Source: Octopus sinensis (lineage: Eukaryota). Taken from it: a stretch of DNA of 64,000 bases. The position numbers and the translations under genes are program-made. The stretch is taken from contig NC_042998.1 of NCBI RefSeq assembly GCF_006345805.1, forward strand, positions 140,554,001-140,618,000. Reading direction: 5' to 3'. How positions within the stretch are numbered: the stretch's first letter is position 1; every line of letters begins with the position of its first letter. Below the pieces are notes generated by a model that was not told the origin of the DNA, made no database searches, and saw nothing but the letters and a program-made list of their open reading frames with translations. Below, piece by piece: positions 49,572 to 60,489 of this stretch.

Positions 49572-49807
49572 TAATTATGGCCCGCTATGTTCTAAGTTCA
49601 AATGTCATCGAAGTCATCTTCGGCCTTCATCCTTCTGGGGTTGATAAAGAAAGTGGTAGTCAAGTAACTGGAGTGAATATAATAGACTAAATAACCTCCA
49701 CTACACCTTCCACTCCACAATATTGAATTGCTGTGGCTTGACCTCGGCGAGATTTGAACTCAGAACGTAAAGAGCAAGAAGAAATATCGCTCAGTGTTCA
49801 ATCTTCG

Positions 49808-49850
<43 letters not shown>

Positions 49851-50224
49851 CTCTTCATCAGTAAAGATGAAGAAGTCCCAAAAAGGAGGTAGGGTTGACA
49901 TCATAGCACCATCAACCCTTTCGGTCGCCACTCCGTGGACCTAGGAGAAATATTTGGTGGGGATTTGTACTTTCTTCTGGATCACATTGATAGGCAGCAG
50001 ATAAGTAAAGTGGATTAAGATTCTTTCGCAACCCATAATCTCCATTATAATCAATCGAATTATCCTAACGTAGATATGCTGCTACTAGCTAAACAGAGAC
50101 GTAGGATTATCTTTCATCTTTCTGGATGCAGAGGGGAAAACATTCTGGAGATTAAGACGACTAGTAACGCGAGTTGCAGCCATTTTAGGTCTCGGAGCTA
50201 CATCGAGGTATTTTACATAACAGT

Positions 50225-50279
<55 letters not shown>

Positions 50280-51358
50280 GCGTGCGTGCGTATGACAGAG
50301 AGAGAGAGAGAGAGAGAGAGAGTGAGAAAAAGAGTTGTTTCTTCCATTTGGTTTTTTTAGCGGGAAATTTTTAATTCCATTATTTCACAAAGGATCGTAA
50401 GGACTGATAGAAGGGAAAGTATCTTAGTGTTAATTAAATTGTCCGTTTTGTTGTTTACCGATGAGATCTTAAACAAGCCGAGTTTCTCGTAAGTGCAACC
50501 TTATCTAATTTTACTATATTCTATTGTAGCTTTCTACTGAAGAACAAAAAGGAAAAAGAAATGAAACGAAAAAAAGAAAAATGGCGGCGAAGATAATCTT
50601 CTATTTCGCCTTTGTTGTTTGTCTTTAATAAATAACAATAGCTAGAAATCTTTGAAGGCTAAAAATAAATAAATAAAAATTCTTACTCACAGAGCAAAAG
50701 CAAAAATAGAATTTACAAGCAAAAGGAAACGTGAAAAAAAAAAAAGAAGAAAGAAGAAAGAAAAATTAGAATCAAAAGGAATTTGGAAGATATTTTAAAT
50801 GTTCCGACCACGTTTTAGAACTGTGGCGCTTCTCACTGAGCAACCTCCAAGTTACATCGTTTTGCATTCAGTCGGTTTCTCATGTTTTAGGAATAAAAAA
50901 AAAATATATTTGAAATTTCAATTAGGTGTAAAGTTGGTGCAATGCCTACAGCGAAGTAAAGATGAAGTGATTTTTTTTTAAAAGTAAATATGGCGTAGGT
51001 AGGAGCGGCGGCAGCGACATTAATTAGGATAAAAGCAATTAGAAAGTTAAGATAATAATAATAATATAATAATATAATAATATAATAATAAGAATAAGAA
51101 GAAGAATAAGAAGAAGAAGAAGAATAAGAAGAAAAGAAAAGAAGAAGAAGAAGAAGAGAAGAAGAAGAAGAAGAAGAAGAAGAAAAGAAGATTTTAATGA
51201 GGTATTATTCGAGACAGTCGAATCGATGATGAGATAACTAGAAATTTTTTGTCGACCGAAAAGAAATCGACGGAAACGTTTTAACGTTTTTAAGGTGGTT
51301 TTTCACAAAGGTATTAGGTTATGTTATTAAACCAAAATATATACATACATACATAGGT

Positions 51359-51419
<61 letters not shown>

Positions 51420-51440
51420 CAGACACATAGATAGATAGAT

Positions 51441-51513
<73 letters not shown>

Positions 51514-51799
51514 AAAAATGATGACATACATATTTATTCTTTATACGCTCCGGTAGATTCGAATTTAAATATGCTAATCGCTGTTGTATTTCTTCATTTT
51601 AGACAAACATCAGTATGCATCAGCAAGTAAACAGCACCAAGTGTCCCAAAATCTCCTTGCCCCAGTGAAACGAAGGTGTAATTCGTCTGAATAGAGCAGA
51701 TGTTCACTGGTATTGCGGTTGCTTGCCGAGCTCAATAAAATCTCGGTGTACACAATTGAAACAATTTTAAGTTAGATTAAACATCTATGTACCATATGT

Positions 51800-51858
<59 letters not shown>

Positions 51859-51869
51859 CTATGACCGGT

Positions 51870-52098
51870 GTATGCACATAAATGTGAAAGAGAGTGGAAA
51901 AAAAGAGTACTCAAATACGAGAGCTAGAGTAATATGCTTTATTTTGAAGCAGCAGAAATATAACAAAAGCTGTTACTCAGTTTCACGTTCCCGTTCGTCG
52001 GACAGGTTTGTTAAAATAGAGCATAAATAACGATATATATCGATTTAGTATTTCTAAATTGAATTTTTCCCTGTAAGTTTGGAATAATATTCCCTCAT
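51870..52098 (-). mobile_element. Short repeat carrying a hammerhead-like motif; probable Penelope-type terminal repeat
   Basis: Bounded by (TA)n and (ATT)n; contains the motif at 51970-52005; no coding remnant is attached, so the PLE assignment is inferred. Confidence 0.5.
51970..52005 (-). ncRNA. Minimal type I hammerhead-ribozyme-like motif
   Basis: CTGT-CCGACGA-ACG(GGAA)CGT-GAA-AC(TGA)GT-A-ACAG: all three helices close in correct topology; the only core change is U4 to C. Confidence 0.6.
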
Positions 52099-52123
52099 AT
52101 TATTATTATTATTATTATTATTA

Positions 52124-52207
<84 letters not shown>

Positions 52208-52270
52208 CGTGACGCATATTTGCCATTTGAATATGGCTAACCCCTAAGGGTTATATATATATATATATAT

Positions 52271-52648
52271 ATACCATTGACAAACATGCTGATGTGTTTT
52301 TTGTCTGAAAGGAAATTTCTTCTTAGATAAGCTATGTTGAAAGCATAAACTCGTTTCGGTTCCCTAGAGCCTTGTCAGTTCTCGTATACCACATTGGTAG
52401 GCAATATCTGCCTCCCGTGCTTTAAAACAACATATGTGTGAAGAGATATTTTTCAAACAAAAACCACAGCATTTTGCCTGTTAACGCTGTATATACGCTA
52501 AATATGATACATAGTTGGTTATTTTAATTTAATGCTGTTTCAGTTTTGTACTCCTAGATTTTCATACATCCTGGTGGCTTTTTACAATATCAGTGAATGT
52601 ATTATTCAGTTTCCCTATATATATAGAGAACTGATAATATATATATTT

Positions 52649-52719
<71 letters not shown>

Positions 52720-53266
52720 GAGACAGATTTCCTATGAGCATTAACTGGCTGTGTGTACGCATCCTTGGCAAAACTCAGGAAGCCAGAACACGTCCGACAT
52801 TCTTGCGGGTCCCTACCGGAACCCTACTGTTCGACTCGCTCCAATAGATGTTGTATTTTTAACACACATAATCCTATGAAGATATTTTATCCCAGACGAA
52901 AACCGCAGTGTCATGCCTGTCAATGGTGATATACATTAATTAGGATACATCGATGAATATTTTAATTTGATACTGTTTCAACTGCGTGCGCCGAGTTTTT
53001 ATTCAACCCAGTGAGTTTCCGCAATACCAGTGAACGTTTTATTCACTATTTTCCGTATATCGATGCGTGAATTTCGTTTAAGCAGGTGACAATCGGGTAC
53101 ACGGCATTGACAAGCTGCAAGTAAGTCGAAATGCATCTGACATTCTCGCTGGTCTGTGATGTTTGTCTCGCTCCGTTAAATATTGTGCTTTTAACACAGC
53201 ATGTCTAAGAAAAAATTTTCTCTCAAACAAAAACCACAGCATCATGCCCGTTAATGGTGTACATAC
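52271..53266. repeat. Four copies of an ~80-bp motif: one inverted (52271-52347) and three direct (52417-52496, 52852-52934, 53184-53266)
   Basis: Consensus-like tgctttaacacagcat...aagaagaaatttt..cagacaaaaaccacagcatcatgcctgtcaatggtg. Confidence 0.75.
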
Positions 53267-54094
53267 TAGTTTTGTTGTTATATTTCCTTCTTTTTCTGTT
53301 TATGACACTCCTTTTCTTTTTATCAGTAATCTATAATTTCTTTTACCTTTTTTCCATAGCTTTATTCTTTTTTCTATATTTTTCTTTATTTCTCCTTTAT
53401 TTTCACCCATGTTCTTTCTCTGTTGCTTTCATGTTCTCATTTTCCTTCTTCCTTTCTCTTCATTGCTTTCCTTACTTCTTTCCTTGTCTCCCTTTCTCTC
53501 CTTCCTGTCTTTCTCTCTTTTCCCTTCTTCTTTTCTTTCATTCTCTCCCCATCTATCTTTCTCATTCTCCATGTTTCTTACTTTCCACTATTTCACTCTC
53601 CACTGTTTTTCTCTTTCTTTTCTCCTCTCTCTTCTCCATCTTTCCTATATATCAGTCTTTTCCTTTACATTTTCTTTTCTCCTTTTTCCTTTCTCTCCCT
53701 TTTTTCCACCTTCTCCTTTCTTCTCTCTCTCTCTCTTTCTCGCTCTAGACAAACCCTCCCTTACACTCTTTCTCTTCCTCCCTCCTCCTCTTCTTTCTGT
53801 TTCTCTCTCTTCCCGCTATCTTTATCTCCCTCACTCCCTCATCCCCTTCCTCTTTGTCAATTACTCTTTCTTTGTTTCTTCTCTTTCTCCCCATCTCCAC
53901 CTCCGCTTCTTTCCTCATTTTTTCCTGCTTTACACAATTCGTCTCTAATTTTCTTCTCTTTCTCATTTTCCTTACTTCTTTCTTCCCTCCTCTCTCTCTC
54001 TCTATCTCATCCTACCTACCTCTCCTTCACCTCGTCTTTCCAACCCACCCACCAACCATCCAACCGGCTTACCTTTCCTTTCTTTCCTTCACAG
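53250..54094. repeat. Pyrimidine-rich low-complexity tract
   Basis: Direct reading; source of the 164-, 179- and 285-aa F/L/S-rich ORFs. Confidence 0.88.
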
Positions 54095-54473
54095 TTACCA
54101 GTCGACGTTGCGCCGGTTGCTGTTGAGTTGTGTCACTGTAAACATATTAAACCCAACCAAACATCCGGAGTGCAAACTTTTCGGTGTCCTCTGAAGTGGA
54201 ATCCGGTGGCGCCACACACAAACTTTTCTCGGAGATCTTGCCGTCATCCAGTCTTACTTGTCTCATGCTCTTACACCTGATTATTATTATGTCTGTCTGC
54301 CCGACTATCAACATCTACTTTACCTTTCAAATATCTGTCCTTTACGACCAACGCCGACATGACTTCATATAAGTATGTGTGCATGTGTGTGGTGACTGTG
54401 TCTGTGTTTGTCTATACACACACATATATCTTTATATATATATATATATATATATGAATATATACATATAAAG

Positions 54474-54531
<58 letters not shown>

Positions 54532-54824
54532 TGTGTATATATACATACACATACATACGTGTATATTAGTACAATAATGCATACATATATACATATATAT
54601 ATATACAATATAACATATATGTACATACATGCATCCGTGCATATATATATATTCATACACACATATACATGTGTGTACATGTATGTATATATATATACAT
54701 GTATACACACAGACACATACACATATAGAGATAAACATACATAATACACACATACATATATATACGTATATATATATGTATATATTTGTATATATGTATA
54801 TATATACATATGTGTATTTATATG

Positions 54825-54863
<39 letters not shown>

Positions 54864-55014
54864 ATCACCGCTGCCTTCATCTCCTTATACATAAACATAT
54901 GTATTCATTTATTCCCACCCCCTTTCCTCTCTCCCCTCTGCTCACTCCTTGCCTGTTTGCGAATATACACATTGCAAATATTTATCCATCAACATCTGCA
55001 TACATGTATGCATG

Positions 55015-55048
<34 letters not shown>

Positions 55049-55105
55049 TGCATGTATGTATGTATGTATGTATGTATGTATGTATGTATGTATGTATGTA
55101 TGTAT

Positions 55106-55220
55106 GTCATTGTTCAGTTTTATTTCAAGATTTCTTGCCAATAGAGAAAGAGTTGGGTTCTAACCTTGATCCAAGGTTCCTTCATTGTTAATTTCAGCAT
55201 TAACAACAGAGTATTTTTGT
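55106..55220 (-). mobile_element. 3' UTR fragment of the RLE LINE family seen at 33.9-35.0 kb
   Basis: Reverse complement reads ...ttggcaagaaatcttgaaataaaactgaacaatgac|atacatacatac. Confidence 0.8.
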
Positions 55221-55284
55221 CGGTTTGTTTGCTTGTATGTATGTATGTATGTATGTATGCATGTATGTATATATATGTATATAT

Positions 55285-55575
55285 ATCTTTTTATTTTATT
55301 TTAGTCGTTTCAATCATTAGACTGTCGCTATGTTGAGTTATTGGTTTGAAGAGGTTTTAGTTGAACTACCCTAGTGTTAATTGCACCAAAGCCTGGTAAT
55401 AATTCTGTCGGTCTACTTTGCCGAACTGCCAAGTGATTACTACGTAATCACCATTTGTCAAGCGGTGGTGGGGGAAGCATTTCAGATTCCATCAACCAAA
55501 TATACTCACAAGACTTTGGCTGGTCCAAAACTATAGTAGAAAACACCGTTTGGCTGGGAAGCATATTCTTACCAC
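55285..55575 (-). mobile_element. SINE family A, degenerate with internal deletions
   Basis: ttagactgtcgctatgttg...gccgaactgccaagt...ggttgtcaagcgg-like block...cttaccac. Confidence 0.7.
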
Positions 55576-55639
55576 GTACATATACGTGTATATATATAGG
55601 TCTGTGTGTAGGTGTGTGTAGGTATGTAAAGGTACCTTT

Positions 55640-55868
55640 TCGAGTCATGGTGATACATAAGGTCCGGTTTCTCAGTTTCCATGGTGTATAAATACACCTG
55701 GACGGGATGCAGGTTCATCGCAGGATTGCTCCTTTTTGCCAGCTGAGCGGACTACTGGAGCAACGTGAAATTAAGTGTTTTGCCCAAGAACACAACGCAT
55801 CGCCCAGTCCAGGAATCGTAACCACAATCATACAATCATGTGTCCAACACCCTAACCACTATGTCACA
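55640..55868 (-). mobile_element. tRNA-headed SINE with a C-like head and a different 3' part (ctggacgggatgcaggttcatcgcagg)
   Basis: actggagcaacgtgaaattaagtgttttgcccaagaacacaacgc...ggaatcgtaacc...ccctaaccact. Confidence 0.7.
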
Positions 55869-55876
55869 TTGCATCC

Positions 55877-55959
<83 letters not shown>

Positions 55960-56085
55960 GCGTGCATGTGTCTGTGAATACCAACATCGGTACAGAAGCA
56001 TATTTAGGTTATGTATGCAATTAATTGATCCCAGCTGAGCATTTCATCAGCCCTTGGGCTAATTCAGAAACGTACATTGTATTAA

Positions 56086-56312
56086 GGCGGTGAGCTGGCA
56101 GAAACGTTAGCAGGTCGGGCGAAATGCGTAGCCGTATTTCGTCTGCCGTTTTGTTCTGAGTTCAAATTCCGCCGAGGTCGACTTTGCCTTTCATCCTTTT
56201 GGGGTCGATAAATTAAGTATCAGTTACGCACTGTGGTAGATGTAATCGACTTAATCCGTTTGTCCTTGTTTGTCCCCTCTGTGTGTAGCCCCTTGCGGGC
56301 AGTAAAGAAATT
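56086..56312 (+). mobile_element. Full-length SINE family B (tail C) with perfect TSD
   Basis: agaaacgtacattgtattaa at 56066-56085 and 56313-56332. Confidence 0.95.
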
Positions 56313-56419
56313 AGAAACGTACATTGTATTAAATATATGGTCAATAATATACTTCGAAACATGCAAGGGGCAAGTTTTGAGAGAGGTGAATCATAAATAA
56401 ATAAATAGCAAACGATGGA

Positions 56420-56535
56420 CAGGTGTCAATTCATTATAGCCGTTTCCAACAACTTTTTTTAATTGATCAATGAGTATATTATATCATAAAAAACCGTTTT
56501 CATCAGAGGAATACATGAATTTTACAGTCAAGGAC
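56420..56535. mobile_element. Truncated arm of the 8883-9185 foldback MITE family
   Basis: caggtgtcaattcattatagccgtttc...tttaattgatcaatg...aaccgttttcatcaga. Confidence 0.7.
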
Positions 56536-56539
56536 ATTG

Positions 56540-56930
56540 TTTTACTTGTTTCAGTCATTTGACTGCGGCCATGTTGGATCACCGCCTTTAGTCGAACAAA
56601 TAGACCCCAGGACTTATTCTTTGTAAGCCTGATACTTATTCTATCGGTCTTTTTTGCCGAGCCGCTAATTTACGGGGACGTAAACACACCAACATCGGTT
56701 GTCAAGCGATGGTGAGGGCATAAACACAGACACACAAATACATACATACGTACATACAATTGTGTGTGTGTGTGTGTGTAAGTAAATGTACCTACGACGA
56801 GCTTCGTTCTGTTTCTGTCAACCAAATCCGCTCACAATGCTTTGGTCAGCCCGAGGCTGTTGTAGAAGACACTTGACCAAGGTGCTACTGTGTACTTGGG
56901 AAGCATTCTTCTTACCACACAGCCACGCCT
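56540..56930 (-). mobile_element. SINE family A, near full length
   Basis: tttacttgtttcagtcatttgactgcggccatg ... cttaccacacagccacgcct. Confidence 0.9.
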
Positions 56931-58399
56931 TTAAAAAAAATTGAATCCAGGGCACATACATAGCACATACATACTTGGTGAATTCCTGATCGACGCTTAC
57001 CGTATATACGCGATAAGAATATGTCAAAGGCCATATAATGTAATAGATGCATCAATAAGTGCTTTTATCAAATGAAATGCCTAAGCTCCGACGCTAAGTG
57101 CCGGGATACAGGATCCGTACAAATAAGAGTTGGTTATAGGCGATGATGGTGGTCGAGGTGACGTAGGTGTATTGGAATAAAATTATGAAGGCGTAGTTGC
57201 AAGGCATCAAATCATTTTATCGTATACTTATACACAAGGGAGAACAAAAATATATAGATATAGGCAGTAAACCAAGAAAACCGGAAGCTAAAAGTTCATA
57301 GCGATTCGGCGTAGATGGGTACAGATATATGAAAGCTATACAGATGAAATAGTGGAGAATTCGTGTTGATTTGTATTGACTCGATCTGAATAGACCAGAA
57401 AAATCCATTAGATTACTTGTGAATATCTCGTAAGTGATGGATAGGAAATTGTTTCTGGAATAGGTGCACATAAGAACCAGATCTGCGCATTTTGCCTACA
57501 TATATACGTAAGGTAGATTGGTGCAATTTAGTGTATGTGAAGTAGCACAGTATACGTCACTCATGTGTGTGTGTGTGCGTTTGTGTACATATTTATATAT
57601 TTACTTCTTTGGCTGGATCGAATTCGTATGAGCGCTGGTCCCTACACTGTATTTTGCGTGGTTTTCAGTGTTTATGAGTGCACAATGTTGTCGTCCTTTA
57701 GTCACAGGGAGCCCCTGACCGAGCATACGTGTGATCAGAGCATTCCATTCTTGGGTATATCATCCTTTACCCATGAGTAAGAAGCCCAGAATGACACAAT
57801 ACAACCCTGTTACTTTCCAACGGTCACATCATGTATGTATTATTAAGTAGAGATATAGAGGACCGAGAGGGTTTCTATATCCGCTCGCAACTACATAAGC
57901 ACTTAAAATAATAATCGAAAGTTTGCAGCATGTTGTCAAGTACAACTCGCTTGCGAGTGACGGCTATGAAGTTTGCAAACTACAAGCAACCTTTGTTAAG
58001 ACAGAGTACTATGATCTCTTGTTTCTAAACATCTCTATTGTCCAGACAGGGCCGGATGAAGATATCGCAACTCGGGCAGTCACACAGAACCCTGCGTCAT
58101 GTGTTTGGAATATTTACAGAAATACGAACAAGAAAATATGAAAACACTAAATACCAATAATATATTTCGTTCTTATATTTACTACCGATAACCGTCACTC
58201 GCAAGCGAGTATGACTTGGTAACATTTTTCACCGAATTGATTTAAGAGCTTTATACTCTTGATCCAGCAGATCATCGAGGTTGTAACAACTGGAGAGGTA
58301 AGGGCTTCCCCAGCACTAGGCTGCTACATTTTTTTTCTGATGATCAGACTGGAGCAATATTAAGTACATTAGCTTGCTGAAGAAAACTAAACACTTTCA

Positions 58400-58795
58400 G
58401 ATTCACCCATGTATCCATCTTCACATCCACAATTTCTGAGAGGGTTGTTGGGGTAGAGTCCTCAGGCACTTCCTCCATAGGTTCCTATCAGAACCAGCCG
58501 TCATTAGACTTTCTGATTAAATTCCCTAGTGCAACCAACTGAAACTTTGGATATTATCCAACCATCTTATTCTTGGTCTACCTCAAAGTCTCCCGACGTT
58601 TTACTCAGCTTGAAGAATCCGCCTTGCGATTCTAATTACATGTGACATTCTAATTACATGTCCGTAGTACCGGAGCTTTACCTGATCTCCAAGCAATGCA
58701 CCCTGTCGAGTGACAAACAGAAATCCTTCAGAGGAACACCATTTCGGCTGCTTGTATTCGTGATCGTGCTGTTTTGGTCATTATCCAACGTTCTC
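58400..58795 (-). pseudogene. 3' fragment of an RTE-clade (Rex3/Expander-like) LINE
   Basis: ERWIMTKTARSRIQAAEMVFL*RI, KLRYYGHVIRM, GRPRIRWLDNI, DRNLWRKCLRTLPQQPS; 15-bp local duplication attctaattacatgt. Confidence 0.8.
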
Positions 58796-58904
58796 GACGA
58801 GAGGTGAGGATAGACACGAAAAGATAGCACGTTAAAAAGAAACATTCACAGAGACCTTTTATTGCATTCAAATTTCACATACTTCAGTTCACTGATTTTT
58901 TAAA

Positions 58905-59335
58905 AAACTTTTACTTGCTTCAGTCAGTAGACTGCGGCTATGTAGGAGCGTCGCCTTGAAAAATATTTTGGTCGAATGAATCGACACCAGTACTTACTTT
59001 AAAGCCTGGTACTTATTCTATAGGTTCCTTTTGCTGAACTGCTAAGTTACGGGGACGTCTCCCGCGTGGCTTGCTTAGCACCCCACCCCTACGGGCGTGT
59101 GATAGTGTCCACAGTAAAAATCTGAGGCTGTGTGATAGTCCAAGTTCTAAAGCCATCAGTTTTATGAGTGGGTGGTGGTGGGGGATAAGTTGATTACATC
59201 GTCCTAGTACTTGACCGGTACTTTATTTTTTTATTGACCCCGAAAGAATGAAAGGAAAGTTGACCTTGGCGGAATTTGAACTCAGAACACGTAAGTATAT
59301 TGTCCGATGTGTTATCGATTCTGCCACGCTCGCTG
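58905..59335 (-). mobile_element. SINE family A 3' part (58905-59058) and SINE family B remnant (59170-59335)
   Basis: ttcagtcagtagactgcggctatg...gctaagttacggggacgt; gaccccgaaagaatgaaaggaaagttgaccttggcggaatttgaactcagaac. Confidence 0.8.
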
Positions 59336-59680
59336 TCATATTATCTTAATTTACTTGTTCTTAACTCTGTGATGTTTGAGTTACGGTGGAAAACGGAACC
59401 GTTTTAACCAATTTTAACGCCTGCCACTTAGTTCACAGGCGAAATCACTAATGTTTCCGCCCTTGTCAACTCGTGTCACACACTTCTCTATAGATTCTGT
59501 TGTCCTTATCTTCTAAAGTATATTGGAGCAAGAATCCAAGGTATGCCTGCCTCCTTACAACCGCAGGCATTGTAATTAGATTTTACACACAGCACACAAT
59601 AATTAGATGTTGCACAAGCACACACGCACGCATACACACACATACATACATAACATGTATATATACATAAGCATAACCAT

Positions 59681-59742
<62 letters not shown>

Positions 59743-60109
59743 ATACATATATATATACATACACATACAAGTACACATACACTCACAAACGCATATACAC
59801 ACACACATATATGCAATCAATATATTATTGATTATGCGCAAGTAATCAACGTGTGTATGTGTGAGTGCCTGTGTGTAATTGCTTTATTAATTACTTTACA
59901 ATATCACAGTATCTTGCTATATCTATAATGAATGTTTATATGCGTATATGGATCTTATTGTATGAATGAATGTGTTGTATATATGTGTATATGTGTGTGT
60001 ATGTGTGTGTGTTGTATGTAGATATATATCGTTTGTATAGATGTATGCATGAATATATTTCTGGTTGTGCGTCTATATTGTCTCTTTCATGTATAACAAG
60101 TTAATAGAT

Positions 60110-60163
<54 letters not shown>

Positions 60164-60274
60164 AAGAAAGAAGGAAAGAAAGATAGAAAGAAATAAAGAA
60201 AGAAAAACAGGAAGGCAGGCAGGCTGAACAACAGACAGGCAGAAGACAGACAGACGACAGACAGACAGACAGAC

Positions 60275-60489
<215 letters not shown>

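Noticed and set aside
49851-49925. Minus-strand GAA-[8-bp stem]-TA ... CTGATGA resembling a type II hammerhead; two adjacent hairpins
   Set aside because: Neither stem I nor stem II can form; CTGATGA is sequestered in a local cttcatc/gatgaag hairpin.
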